Source: Camelus ferus
Lineage: Eukaryota
Reading direction: 5' to 3'
DNA: 64,000 nucleotides
NCBI RefSeq assembly: GCF_009834535.1
Contig: NC_045697.1
Coordinates: forward strand, 60,204,001-60,268,000
In this document: positions 26,316-39,135 of the stretch, one piece after another
How the letters are laid out: each line of letters begins with the position of its first letter
How positions within the stretch are numbered: position 1 is the stretch's first letter
Made by a program: the position numbers and the translations under genes
The notes under the pieces: generated by a model
Database searches by the model: none
Told to the model about the DNA's origin: nothing
Seen by the model: only the letters and a program-made list of their open reading frames with translations

Positions 26316-26510
26316 CTTTTTTTTTTTTTTAACATTTTTATTGATTTATAATCATTTTACAATGTTGTGTCAAATTCCAGTGTAGAGCACAATTTTTCAG
26401 TTATACATGAACATATATATATTCATTGTTGCATTTTTTTTCTGTGAGCTACCATAAGATCTTGTATATCCCTGTGGTATACAGTATAATCTTGTTTATC
26501 TATTCTACAA
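26316..26510 (-). mobile_element. Young L1 3'UTR fragment, same subfamily as 4120-4900 and 36226-36809
   Basis: poly-T followed by 'ttgatttataatcattttacaatgttgtgtcaaattccagtgtagagcac', identical to the 36239 copy. Confidence 0.95.
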
Positions 26511-26544
26511 TCAAAATATGTATTCTTAAACCCCAGTTCTACAA

Positions 26545-26745
26545 TTTCTGTAAACTATGGCTAGCAGGCCAACCTTTTGTTTTTGCCAATAAAATTTTAT
26601 TTAAACAAAGCCATGCCCATTCATTTACCTATTATCTGTTGCTGCTTTCCTAGTACAACAAAAGAGACAGTTGCAATACATACCTTATGGTCCTCAAAAC
26701 CTTTAATATTTACTTTCTGAACCTTTAAGAAAAGGTTTGTTTGTG
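26545..26745. mobile_element. MER58A-like DNA transposon
   Basis: 'aataaaattttatttaaacaaagccatgcccattcatttac...aatatttactttctgaacctttaagaaaaggtttg'. Confidence 0.8.
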
Positions 26746-27289
26746 CCAACATAATACAACGTTTTCTCAATGGCAGTTTGTGAAATAATTTATGCTACTA
26801 TATATCAATTTTCTACCCTATATGCTGTGTTAGAAGCAATGTCTTCAAACAGAGCTGCAGCAGAAGCTCCTGAGGTTTCTCTTTGGCCAGTGCCCCTTCA
26901 AGAACTCTCCATAATCTATCCACTGATGATCCTCCTTCTGAGATTCTTCGTTCCTACATCTTGCTTAGTGTGCAGTGTGACACTAACTTTCCACAGCCAG
27001 TTGGATAAAAACATTACCTCAAGTAGATCAATCCAACTTTCTTCCTCAAGTAATATAAAATTAGTTAATTATCCATGAGTGTTTATAAAGTGATATGCAC
27101 TTTAAGACTGAAGTTATGTCAAGAATGCAATTTTGGAGTATACATGATATTAAACAGGTGGAGAGAAACATCTTCAGAGAAAAATAGAAGCAGAAAGATA
27201 CCCAAAAAGAAGCGGAGAACAAAAAGGTACAGAAAGAGAAGAGACTCTGCCTTGATTCTGAAAAATTGTTGGTTCAAGTTTTTTGAGTC

Positions 27290-27600
27290 CAATCTATTAT
27301 ATTCAAAAAAATTTGAAGGTACAACTTCCATAAACATTAAAAAGGCCGTGGCTTAAAATTGGGTATTTAAAAAATATTTTGATAAACTATATGTGCAATG
27401 ATTGAAAAAATAATCCATAAGAAAATTGGAGAGATAAAGAAAACATAACAGAAAGAAAACAAAAGGAAAGATGAGAGGAGAGCAGAGCAAAGGTGAGACA
27501 CTGTAAGACAGGAAGAAGAGACATAGAGAAACATTTTAGAAGGTCCAATGTTCAAATTATAGGTGTTCCAGAAAGAGATTACCTAGAAAATATATAAAAT
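27290..27600 (+). mobile_element. L1/HAL1 ORF1 remnant
   Basis: 27538-27573 translates RRSNVQIIGVPE, the ORF1p RRM-entry motif, preceded by an A/G-rich coiled-coil-like stretch. Confidence 0.8.
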
Positions 27601-27639
27601 CAGATTGTAGTTGGTCCAGTTCACCGAAATATAATTTTT

Positions 27640-27995
27640 GACTTACTCTTCCTGAAATCTAAAAATTCCTGGAGCAAATACATTAACTCAGCTCCTTGTC
27701 TTTGAGTTATTGATTTGAAACTCATCTTTTTGGTATGGCCTTCTCTTAGCTACCAAATTTAGTTAGATTTGCTCATGCCAGCCCCATCTTCTCAAATCCA
27801 TGCCAGTTTTCTTCATTGTAGTTGACCTTCTGAAATTCACATTTATGTGATTGCATGTTTGCTTTTTAATCAATACCTGTTGCCCTCATTCAGTTCTGTC
27901 TTCCATGAAGATAAGAACTTACATCAATTTTCATTGATCTCCATGTTCCACAGTTCTCATCAAACCTAACACATAGTATGCCATCAATGAGTGTT
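27640..27995 (+). mobile_element. L2 3' fragment
   Basis: 'cttccatgaagataagaac...acctaacacatagtatgccatcaatga'. Confidence 0.6.
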
Positions 27996-28959
27996 TGTTT
28001 TATTCATCTTTGCTTTCTCAGCAAAATGCTGACCTCTGATAGAAATAATCAAATTGCTGAATGAATTTTTAAATAGAAATTGCAAATAACTACTATTTAA
28101 TGTGTGTTTTAAAAGATATCTAAAAGACAGTACCTTCTGAATGGAGGAGCCATTTCTCTTTTGTATTTTATATTTTTTCAACTTAAGTAATGGGCAGAAA
28201 AACAACTTAGTTTATAACTTTACAGTGAAAATTTTTCTGAAGCAAATGTTACTAAGGAGATAAAGAGGTGGAGTGTTCCATTTGGCCTATCTTATTTTGA
28301 AAGCATTGTTTACAATAATCTTATTTATTATTCTTGGAATTTCAGAATTCCCTATTACTTTGTTTCTGTTTATGCTTTCCTCCATGTAAGAGGTGATAAT
28401 CTGTAAACATTAAAATTGTAATGTTCTTTCAGATAAAAGAGAAAAAAAGGAGGGTCATTTCCAAATTGTTCAATTTGCTTAATGGAAAAATCAATTTAGT
28501 AACATGCATCTGTTACAAATACAGTTGCATATTTAGAAATATCAACACCATCTTATATGAAATGTATATAATTACATATAATTGAATTGACATTGAAGAA
28601 CAAAAGGTTAACTCTGAAATGTGTGCACAATAATATATGGATATTAATGCAATGTTTTAGTGATAGAAGAAATTCAAGAAAGAAAAAATAAAATGGATTT
28701 TGGGATTTCATTAAATGTAGAAGGAATTATTTAGTGAGATAAAGAAGTTCCTTTTTCAGTTTCCATCTCTGTATCTTTCCAATTTTAGTACATGTGCTGC
28801 CAAAGCAAGCACTCTGAGTTCCCTCTTACTTGCTGTATGTAGATACAAAGTAAAATAGGGCAGTACTGCTAAAAGGAAAAAATGACATGAAGTGAAATAT
28901 AGCCTGGTGTGATCAAGGATATTTTAGAGACACATGCAAAACTTTGCTAGTAAGCAGAA

Positions 28960-29520
28960 AGAGGAATGCCTCCCTATTGGGGAATTTGAGACTGTTTCAC
29001 AGAGGACCTTGCATCTGAACTGGGTCTTAAATAATGTATAGGAGCCTTCCAGAGAAAAGGGGGTAGAATTTTCAAGAGAGAGAGCATATAAATAGAAATG
29101 GAGTAAAGAAATAGAGTGTTGAGGACTTTTATGAGTGTGTTTGGAGAACCTAAAGGACTTGGTGAGTGTGATGTACAGTTATAAGGTGTAGGAATAGCAG
29201 AAGATAAAGCCCTATGGCTTTGCTGTGAAAACCTAGAACAAATAAAGAGGTGCACGGCCATTCTATAGGAAACCTCATGCTAATACAAGTCCTCAGTTGG
29301 AAAGGGTATTTTATTTTTCTTTAAAGAATAATGCCTCTGAAAACTTTGGATTGCTGGAACGTCAGGAGAAAAGACTACATGGAGGTGGGGACATCAGTCA
29401 GAAGGCTATAGCACGAGTCAGGAAGAAAGCGGTTGTGGTCTTATCAAGGCAGTGGCACACACAGTTTATTGTTAGGAGATCCATTAAGGAGTTAAAACTG
29501 GCAGTACACAGTCATCAGTT
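28960..29520 (-). mobile_element. L2 fragment
   Basis: 'gaggaccttgcatctgaactgggtcttaaataatgtataggag', 'cagtcagaaggctatagcacgagtcagg'. Confidence 0.7.
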
Positions 29521-31560
29521 TTACTGTCGAAGTCAGGGTTAGTATATCAAGACTGAGTTCTTACCTCATATTTGTATAGCCTTCCAATTAAAAATGACAG
29601 CAACAAAAATGTTTTCTTCAAGGTAATATAGAAACAATCCCCTTTCCATTACCCATTATCTAATGTAACTTTACAAATCATAGCTATTCTGTTTTTATTT
29701 TTCAAACATTCCTTATTATTCAAAAATTTATTAATAAATATCTTTAGGATGAATGAGTAGATAGATAAACAAACCTGACAGCAAATTTCATATATTTAAG
29801 TAAAGGAAATAAATGGCTACTATAGTAAATGACTATAAACAGGATGTATTTATGTTATTTGTCAGTAGTGTATTATTATTTTATTATATACTTTTATTTA
29901 TATTTTATTTTTGTTTACTAATATAATTCTTAGTGCAATTTCCACTGTGATATTGTTTTCATGGTACTTTTTACTTCTAAATATGATATAGAGATAAGCA
30001 CTGCTGTCAAGTAAAATGAAATAAATTTTGCACTTCCCCATGGCTAACCAACCTCCACAGGGTCTAGTCTTAAACACTCATAGTACTTTCTCCAAATAAC
30101 AAAAACAAATGCTTTTCTTTATCATTAACTTTTCAAAGCCTGCTAACTTTTGTGAAATCACTGCAGCTAGGCTCAAATGGTGTATGAAATGAAAATTTCC
30201 TGTCTAGCCACTGCACATAGGAAACATCATGACACCATCTTACAATCATGTTCTGCTCTGTTATTTTTTGTAATACTGAGGTCATGAAGTAAAACAAACT
30301 TACTGAAGAAGAGAAAAAGGGCAACTGAGACTTCTTCAAATGTCATTTTGATTTACCCCTTTCCTGGATATGCTTAATTGGAGATATTAGAGCAACTTGA
30401 AATTAAGTGCTGCTTTCAACTGAGCACCCAAGGATGCGCCAATCCCAGATATCAAATATGTGCTCTAAATATGCATATAAAAGTTTCCTAACTGGTGAGC
30501 ACCAGCCACTGTGGTTTGCTGACATTAATAGCTCCATGACCCAGAGGAGGTTCCACCCTTATTTGTCTTTTCTATATTCGTAACAGCAGCTTGGGAAAGA
30601 AGGTGTTCTTCCTGACATACGTCTATTGCTTTTTGTATTAAATGGCATGACAGTAAAATGTGGGTAAAACTGACTTGGTTTATAAAGAGATATGACAACA
30701 GCAATAGACACAAAACACAAAACATAAACTCCCACATAAAAGTTTCTATTTCCTCTTGCAGTACTCATTTTATTTTCCTTTCATCCATATAACTAGAACT
30801 CACTGATATATAGAAGAAGAGATCTCATATTCCATTTTTTAAAATGTGTCTTTCCCCAGAAAAAGCATAGACATGCCATACAATCGTCCTTGTATTTGCT
30901 TTTTTTCTATTCAGTTGCATTGGCTCTATTTTGAAATCATTTAAGAGAGTTCATTTTGCCTGTTCCAAAACTGTGTGAGTATAGGTGCAGGGGTAACAGG
31001 ATAGAGCATTCGTTCATTCCACAGAGGTTCTCTGAGAGCTTCACTTGTGTCTATCATTACTTTATGTACTAACCCACGCTAGAACAGATAGTATTCAGCA
31101 TTATATCAGTACTGGGCCTAATCTTTTTTTGCATCTGACAATAAATAAGAGGGAAAGATTAGCATTAGCCTGTTTATGAGTTGATTTTGTTTGTGGTTTT
31201 TGTTTTTGTTTTTATTTTTATTTTTTTGTTCTGTGGACCTAGAACCAAGGACCAAGACATGGATAATCCATGATTGCCAATCTAATTATATTAAGGCTAA
31301 TTCTAAGACCATGTCTTGGAATTCAAAGGAAATTGCCTGTACAGATTGTGACTAGGTTCTTAGGCAAGTTCATAAATACCTATTTTGTGATATTTTATAT
31401 TATGCATTTGAAGAGGACTGGGCTCAGAATCATAAAACATGACTGGAATTTCTGGCTTTCTACTTACTGTATGATTTTGTGTGTGTTAGTTGTTCCTTGC
31501 GAGTAGCACTCTGTTGATCAAGAGTTGAAAACCCTGTATTCGGGGAAGTGCCTTATAAAT

Positions 31561-32007
31561 TGTATTAGTTTCCTAAAGTTGCCATAAAAAAAAGCACCAT
31601 AAATTGCATAGATTAAATCACCAGAAATGTCTCGTCTCACACTTCTGGAGGCCAAAAATCCAAGATCAAGGTGTCAGCAGGGCTGAGCGCTCTGCGAAGT
31701 CTGCAGGGGCATCTTCCCTTGCTCTTCCTAGCTTCTGGTGCTTTGCTCGCACTCCTTTGAGTTCCTTGGTCTGTAGGTACTTTATTTTAATCCTCTGTCT
31801 TCACGTAGCATAGTCCTTGTGTCTGTCTTCACATGGCCAGCTCCTCATAAGGACACAGACATATTGGGTCATAGGCCTAGCCTGCTCTAATATGACTTCA
31901 TCTGAACTAATTATAACTGCAACCACCCTTTTTGCAAATAAGGTCACCTTTTGAGGGTAAGGCCTTCAACATAACCTTTTTGGAGGGACACAGTGTAACC
32001 AGAAGCA
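31561..32007 (-). mobile_element. Full-length MLT1 (MaLR) solo LTR with 5-bp TSD
   Basis: TGTATTAG...AGCA ends; TSD TAAAT at 31556-31560 and 32008-32012; MLT1 motif 'ttctggaggccaaaaatccaagatcaaggtgtcagcagggc'. Confidence 0.93.
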
Positions 32008-32220
32008 TAAATATTTAAGTACCATACTGATTATTAGTAGCTAAATTCTAATAATGTATGGATAAAATTGACTTTTTTCTCTCATTAGAAAAATAACACC
32101 CGTAACTACCGATGGATATCCTCAGAGTAAAGTAAAAAGTGTGCCAAACGAAATAATTATTTGTCCCATGCTAACCATCACCATTAGTTTCCTGATGAAT
32201 CTATACCTATCACACACTAC

Positions 32221-32251
<31 letters not shown>

Positions 32252-32522
32252 TTTCTTTTCTTCACAAAGGTAGTTCTTGATTACTGCAAATCTGCTTTGG
32301 TATAATCCCATATGCCTTAAAATCCCTGCCATGTAGGAGTTCAGGAACTCAAAAGATGTTGAAACTCTTAAACTGAAAGTTGGCACCACTCTATATATCT
32401 GAGAGAATTGCAGAATTGTCCAGGAACTTGCTGATTCTTTGACATGTGCATACCTGCTCATCATATACATCTATCATTTACAACACCAATTTCAATAATC
32501 AAACTTGCGACTTTTCTTCTTT

Positions 32523-32941
32523 CTTTTTTTTAATTGAAATACAGTCAGTAACAATGTGTCAATTTCTGGTGTACAGCACAATGTTCCAGTCAAGCATATA
32601 CATACGTATATTTGTTTTCATATTTTTTTTTCATTGAAGGTTATTACAAGATATTGAATATAGTTCCCTGTGCTATACAGAAGAAACTTTTTAAAATCTA
32701 ATTTTATATATAGTGGTAATATTTGCAAACTCCCAAATTTATCCCTTCCCACCCCCTTTCCCCTGGTAACCATAAGACTGTTTACTCTGTCTGTTTCTGT
32801 TTTGCAGATGAGTTCATTAGTGTCCTCTTTTTGTCTTTTTTTTAGATTCCACATGAGTGATATCATATGGTATTTTTCTTTCTCTTTGGCTTACTTTGCT
32901 TAGAATGACAATCTCTAGGTCCTTCCATGTTGCTGCAAATA
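32523..32941 (-). mobile_element. L1 3' end (ORF2 tail and 3'UTR), cetartiodactyl/camelid type
   Basis: ORF 32618-32866 starts MISLMWNLKK (ORF2 end region); 'atattgaatatagttccctgtgctatacag'. Confidence 0.93.
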
Positions 32942-33527
32942 AGTAAGGTTTGTTAGGAAGTTTGTATTTTTCAAGGTACTTTTCATTTTTTTATCTCAGT
33001 TGATTCCTACAATAACCCTGTGAAGAAGAATCCATAGAACTGTTTTCAAATAAGTAGAGTGAAGCTCAGACAGATAGCAGTAATTTGCTCAGCGTTATAA
33101 AACACAAATGGTAAAATGGGAACTAAAACTCCTTCAATTCCAAGTATAATAATTTCTTCCTTATAGCCGTGTCTTTTCTTCTTATTTGGTATGTACTCTG
33201 ATTGCCATCTTTCACATGCCTATTGATTTAACTACCATCTTCATACTAATGGGGACTTTTGAAATCTTTTCTGGACTTCACACCTGTATTTTCAAAGGCT
33301 CATGAGAAATTATCCTAATGCCCTGCTGACATTAAAATGGAATGTGCTTGAAATAATTTAGTAATCTCTCTCCCTGCTTCAGTCTCTGTGTCTCTTAACA
33401 ACATTCACTAAACACCTACTAATTTGGAATACAAATTTAAGAACCATCCTTAATTCTCACTTGCTGCCACCCCCCTACTGCTCATTTCAATATTGAAACA
33501 ATAACCAAGCTGTAAGCCATTTTCTCA

Positions 33528-33582
33528 TAGATTTTCTCCTCTTCATCTGTAGATTTTCTCCTCTTCATCTGTAGATTTTCTC
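33528..33582. repeat. Perfect 22-bp tandem repeat x2.5 (tagattttctcctcttcatctg)
   Basis: Units at 33528, 33550, partial at 33572. Confidence 0.97.
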
Positions 33583-34321
33583 TGTTTTTCAAGTTCCCTG
33601 TGAACAGTTTCCTAAACCATTGAAAAGATTAACTTATTTCACTATTGGCAATATTTTTTCTATCTTAAATATATGCTACAACACAGTACCCCCTGAGTTA
33701 TTTTACTAAATTATCATATCACTTCACACTTAAAATTATGTATATAAATAATGTTCTATTTAATATAGTATTGAAATTCCTTAGTAAAAGAATGAAACAT
33801 ACATTCTTTTTTTTTTTTTTTTTTGCTTGCGACATACTCAATTGTGAACTATGAACTGTCGATAACAGTGATGCAAAATCTTATTTAATCGGTTCAAGTA
33901 TGGTAAAGGTGAGCATAAACTTTAAACCTTCTAAACAACATGAAGTACTACTTTTTTGTAAAGGCATATGATTTCTCAAACTAGGCTATCAAATGTTGGA
34001 ATATGTGGCTGCTTGAAGACCTCTTTTACGTAATGAATAATTTATAATTACCATATTAGTTCATTATTCAGATCCCTGTGCAAATTTTGAAGTTGAAAAA
34101 GTTTTCTTGGGCATCAGTTTTTATAAATTTCTTTTATATAAGGATGTGATCAATAGTATCAGCTTATAGCAACTTCTCCAGAAATTTTAATAAGATGTGC
34201 CTGTCGCTTCCCCTAAATTTTTAACACTTGAAAAATGAGTAGTGGCTTCTGATAATAACAGGAGATGATATTTTGAAAAGAAATCACATTAAATCTCCCT
34301 CAAAATGTACCACATAAATAC

Positions 34322-34560
34322 CTGGTTGTTAGCTGCTCACCAAAATCCATGTTTTCTTGTTTTATTTGATACTTCTTCATGCTCCTTCTATTGCTTGTGG
34401 CCACATGATTGAGTTGTAGGCAACGGGATGTGAAAGGCTATATTCATCAGTTGTAAACTTGACCCATAAAAAACTTCTTTTGTGTTTTTTTCCCATACTC
34501 TTTTCCACTTTTGCCTGGAAACACCATGTGCCAAAGAAAGGGAGCTTGTATCACTGTAGA
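34322..34560 (+). mobile_element. MLT1J/K-like LTR fragment
   Basis: 'gctgctcaccaaaatccatg...tgtggccacatgattgagttgtaggcaacgggatgtgaa'. Confidence 0.65.
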
Positions 34561-35574
34561 TCTCTTAAAATTAGGTTGGAGAAGAAAGATTCTTCTTCTT
34601 CATCCCATTATTGTATATTCTCTCTGCTCTAGATGCTTCTGAAAATACATGCAAATTTTCTTTATATTTTCAAATGTTTATCATGTGTAGAAATGGACTA
34701 GCACCAAAGATTTATTTAAAAATATGCAGAGACATCATTTTGACTGCCTCTGCATCTTGGGTTCTTCATTCTTTTATTGGGTTGTATAGACTAAGTCTAG
34801 TTATTGCTCACTTGCTTTCAGTGCTTGTTTTATTTGTTCATCTGATATGCACATCATCATCACGTACATATTTTGGGAATGGCTTTTAGTTTCCAAGAGC
34901 TGAATATTTTAATCCATTGTCTTCCCCTCCTCTATTTAGTTCCTCACCCGACTCATAATTTCTAGAATTGAGGCCTTCTTAGAGTGATAACATATCGACA
35001 GCTGATAGGTAAAGACTCTGTAGAAATTCAAAACAAATCCACTGATACCAGTCACGTTCTTGGAGAAATGATCTCCCAGAGTCAACAACATTTCCCTAAT
35101 TTTAGTGTTTTGTCACCTTATCACATACTGATGGCATTTTATGAAGAAAATGCCTCCTAAACATTGAATTCTAAATTTTCTAGGTGTGAATTTTAAATTT
35201 CTCACCATTTAAACCTGGTATATGACCTAAGCCAGACTTGCCTTTCACCTGACAAGCAAATGAGCCTCTATATTGTATGAAAAGCCCAAATTAAGCCTCA
35301 TGGAAGAAGCAGGATTTGAACAGGTTGTTTGTTTTAACATGTTAGGTATAGTGCTAAGCCTTTGGTATTCAGTGGCACATAGCCCCAAGATGAGAGGTCT
35401 CATTTCGTAGTGGTCTTCCTGCCCCACACCTATACACGCACCATCTGACCCACTCCCAGCAACTCCAGTCTCATTTTATCACATGAAATCAAAGCAGGAC
35501 CTATTAACTTTACAACTGAACTCTCTCCTAAGACTGACTGTTATACTTGAATTAGGTGAATATCTGTCTGTGTT

Positions 35575-35770
35575 AACAGTGCAAGTCCTGGAGTCAGATT
35601 ACCTCTGTTTAAATCCCAAATCCACTGTCTATTAGTTGCCTAGTAAAACAGGGAAGATAAATGTTACTACTTCATAGTTTATTGTGAGGGTTAAATGTCA
35701 TAATCCATGTGAAGTTCTCTGAACATCATTTTGAACATGGTAATTGTTCAATATGCATTAGCTATAATTT
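35575..35770 (+). mobile_element. MIR SINE
   Basis: 'ctggagtcagattacctctgtttaaatccc...ttgtgagggttaaatg'. Confidence 0.8.
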
Positions 35771-35949
35771 TTATTTTCTCACTATATATTTGCACATTCA
35801 AATATAGAAGTTGACACATGCTTTAACTTTTTATTCCAATCTAATTTACAAAATTACACATATCAAATTTTTTAATATGCTTCACCACAGCCTTTAGGAT
35901 TTATTTAATGACTAATTCAGTAATTTCTCTTCAATTGTGGTGTATTAAA

Positions 35950-36126
35950 AAGGAGGGGCAAGTTAAGGGTATGAGATTAACAGATACAAACTACTATATA
36001 TAAAATAGATAAGCAAGTATATATATTTTATAGCATAAGAAATTATACACAGTATCTTGTAATAACCTATAATGGAATACAGTCTGCAAAAACACTGAAT
36101 CACTACACTGTACACGTGAAACTGAC
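35950..36126 (+). mobile_element. L1 3'UTR fragment (cetartiodactyl type)
   Basis: 'gattaacagatacaaactactatatataaaatagataagcaag...tatcttgtaataacctataatgg'. Confidence 0.85.
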
Positions 36127-36225
36127 TAATTTTATCCTAAATTTTCTAAATCGGAAGATTTAGATTTTTGCCATTTAGATTCACAGTATTACTAATTTAA
36201 GATATTCTTTACCTTATGGTCTTTT

Positions 36226-36809
36226 TTTAAATTTTTTATTGATTTATAATCATTTTACAATGTTGTGTCAAATTCCAGTGTAGAGCACAATTTTTCAGTC
36301 ATACATGAACATATATATATTCATTGTCACATTTTTTTCTCTGTGAGCTACCATAAGATCTTATGTATATTTCCCTGTGCTATACAGTATAATCTTGTTT
36401 ACCTATTCTACAATTTTGAAATCCCGTCTATCCCTTCCCACCCTCCACCCCCTGGCAACCACAAGTTTGTATTCTATGTCTATGAGTCTATTTCTGTTTT
36501 GTATTTATGCTTTGTTTTTGTTGTATTTGTTTTTGTTTTTTTTTTTTAGATTCCACATATGAGCGATCTCATATGGTATTTTTCTTTCTCTTTCTGGCTT
36601 ACTTCACTAAGAATGACATTCTCCAGGTGCATCCATGTTGCTGCTAATGGCGTTATGTTGTCTGTTTTTATGGCTGAGTAGTATTCCATTATATAAATAT
36701 ACCACATCTTCTTTATCCAGTCATCCGTTGATGGACATTTAGGCTGTTTCCATGTCTTGGCTATTGTAAATAGTGCTGCTGTGAACATTGGGGTGCAGGT
36801 GTCATCCTG
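36226..36809 (-). mobile_element. Young 5'-truncated LINE-1 with perfect 15-bp TSD
   Basis: ORF 36546-36788 is an uninterrupted ORF2p C-terminus; TSD accttatggtctttt at 36211-36225 and 36810-36824, with a TT/AAAA endonuclease site. Confidence 0.98.
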
Positions 36810-38094
36810 ACCTTATGGTCTTTTAATGATTGTCTCAGTTAAAATTATGGGCATGATATATTTTCTTCTACTTTATAAAAGGCCATTTTTTAAGGGTAGA
36901 AACAATGTAGAAACAATAAGTTTGAACTAATGTTAGTCTTGTCAGTTTAAGGTCCTTCTTTTTTTACCTTCTGATATAAGCTGATAAATCATAATATTGT
37001 TTTCAGAAATATAATGACTTTCTTGGAGAGTGTAAACATGAGGTACATAATAAAGTGTATGTTTAATACTATGGCCCATGCGTATAGTGATATTGTTCAT
37101 TATTTAGGTGGTGCTTAAAAAGATATTCAAATACTACCAAGTAACTCTAAATTTATGATTTTTGAGCTTATTTTATTTATCCTCTGGACGAAAACCTCAG
37201 TATTCATAGTTTGAAACTGTCATATTTTCTCAGCATTGTCTTTAGGCTTTATGACATGAGTATGACATGAGAATGGTCACAGTAAAATACATTGAGCTCC
37301 TCAGAGGTATATAAACCAAGAACAAATGCCATGGAACTGCAGTGTCTTAGGACCATCTTACACTAATGACAGTCTGCACATATGATACTGGTTTATAAAA
37401 CTTTTTGAAAGAGCTCTAAAGAAGCTACTCTAGTCTTCTGAATATCTGTGGGTATATGTACATTTAACACAATTCATATACACACCTTAGTTTGTATGTT
37501 ATGTCAGTTACTAAACATTATTAGAAGACCAATTTTTTTTATTGTTTTAGGCTGTCCAAAACTTACAGTTTTCATTTGTTTCCCCAGAGCAAAAATTGAA
37601 CTTGGCATCCTTGAGGATCAGTATCATTCTTATATGTTTTCCATTAGCATAAGCTTCCTGTACACAATCTCATGTGAGTGTATCTTTAAAATATTATGAA
37701 CTCATGTGTTAGGTATCTATTAATACAAGTGCATGAGTATTCCATGTTTCTCTTGAGTCTATCCCCAAAATGAAACTTGAAAATAAAATTGTCCTAATCA
37801 ATTGGTATGCATACATACAGAGCCTGCATATACATATAAAACTGCCTTGTCTATGCAAAATACCTGAATCCTGCAACTTCAAAGTAATCCAAATCAAAAT
37901 GCATCTCAGGAGAAATCATCTGAACCTTATCTTGACTTCAGTGACTTGAATGTGGCCAAATTACTTTTTCTTGTCTAGTAAGCATCATATTTTAAAATTT
38001 TTTATTGAGGTTTCTATTGTCAGTTTTATCTATGTGCCTATATGTACATATATGTATACTTACACAGAGAAAGAGATATACAACTAAACAAATA

Positions 38095-38535
38095 TAAGTT
38101 TGCAACAGACTTCTCCAGAGAAATAATGAAAATCAGGAGACTAAAATAACTCATTGAAACAGCTAATGAAATAACATCTATATCTACAAAAGTGAAGTTA
38201 TGAAAGGTGTTTTCAGGTAAAACAAAAGCTGAGAGAATTCATTGCTAAATATTTTAAGAGACATTTCATAAGAGAAGATATATGATTGATTAACAAATAT
38301 ATGTAAAAAATGTTCAAAATTGCAATTTAAAATATATTCAGAATCATGTTATCTATGAAAAATGCAAATAAACAAAATCAAATACTAATATACACACAGT
38401 AAAGTAGGGCTAAAATTAAAATGACTAGTAACTAATTGTTGCCAAAAGTGTGCAGCAACTAAAACTCAATACTATGCAGGCGGCGTGTAGCATACTAAAC
38501 CACTTTAGAAAAGAGTTGACAGTTTTTTATGTAAA

Positions 38536-38589
<54 letters not shown>

Positions 38590-39135
38590 ATTAACATGTC
38601 ACTCAGCAGTTTCACTCCAGGGTAATCACCCAAGGAAAGTAAAAGCACATATCCATAAAAATACTTTTGTTCAAATATTCAGAGACTTTATTCAGAATAA
38701 CCAAAAACTAGGGGGAAAAGGCAAATTTCCACCAAATGTAAATTAATAAACAAATGGTGGTGTGTTTATACTATAAATTACTTAGCAATGAAAGTGAAAG
38801 GACTATTGTTACTCAAAAATATATGGATAAAACTCAAAATCATTTTGATGTGCAAAAGAAGATGTGCACAAAGATTACACAATGTATGATTCTGTTATAT
38901 GAAGGCCTAGAACTGATAAAAATAATCCACAGTAACAAGAAGCAAAGTAGTGGCTTCCTGACAATGGAAAGGGGTGTTGTTGACTACAGGGCTCAAGTAA
39001 ATTTTGAAGTGATAGAAATATTTTAAATCTTGAAGAGAGTAGTGATAACATGAGTGTCAAAAGTCAGCAAACTGTGCAGACTTAAAATTTGTATTAAATA
39101 TTAATTATACCTCAATAAAGTTAATTATTAAAATT
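38095..39135 (+). mobile_element. Old L1M: ORF1-end-like fragment abutting ORF2 3' end and 3'UTR; internal A/(AT)/(AC) microsatellite
   Basis: 'aacaaaagctgagagaattcattgc' (ORF1 end), 'agacatttcataagagaagatata', 'aattatacctcaataaag'. Confidence 0.85.

Noticed and set aside
27075..27356. 93-aa basic ORF with NLS-like KKKRR
   Set aside because: A-rich sequence adjoining an L1/HAL1 ORF1 remnant; compositional artefact.
33528..33582. CRISPR-like repeat array
   Set aside because: Units are directly adjacent with no spacers, and the context is mammalian.
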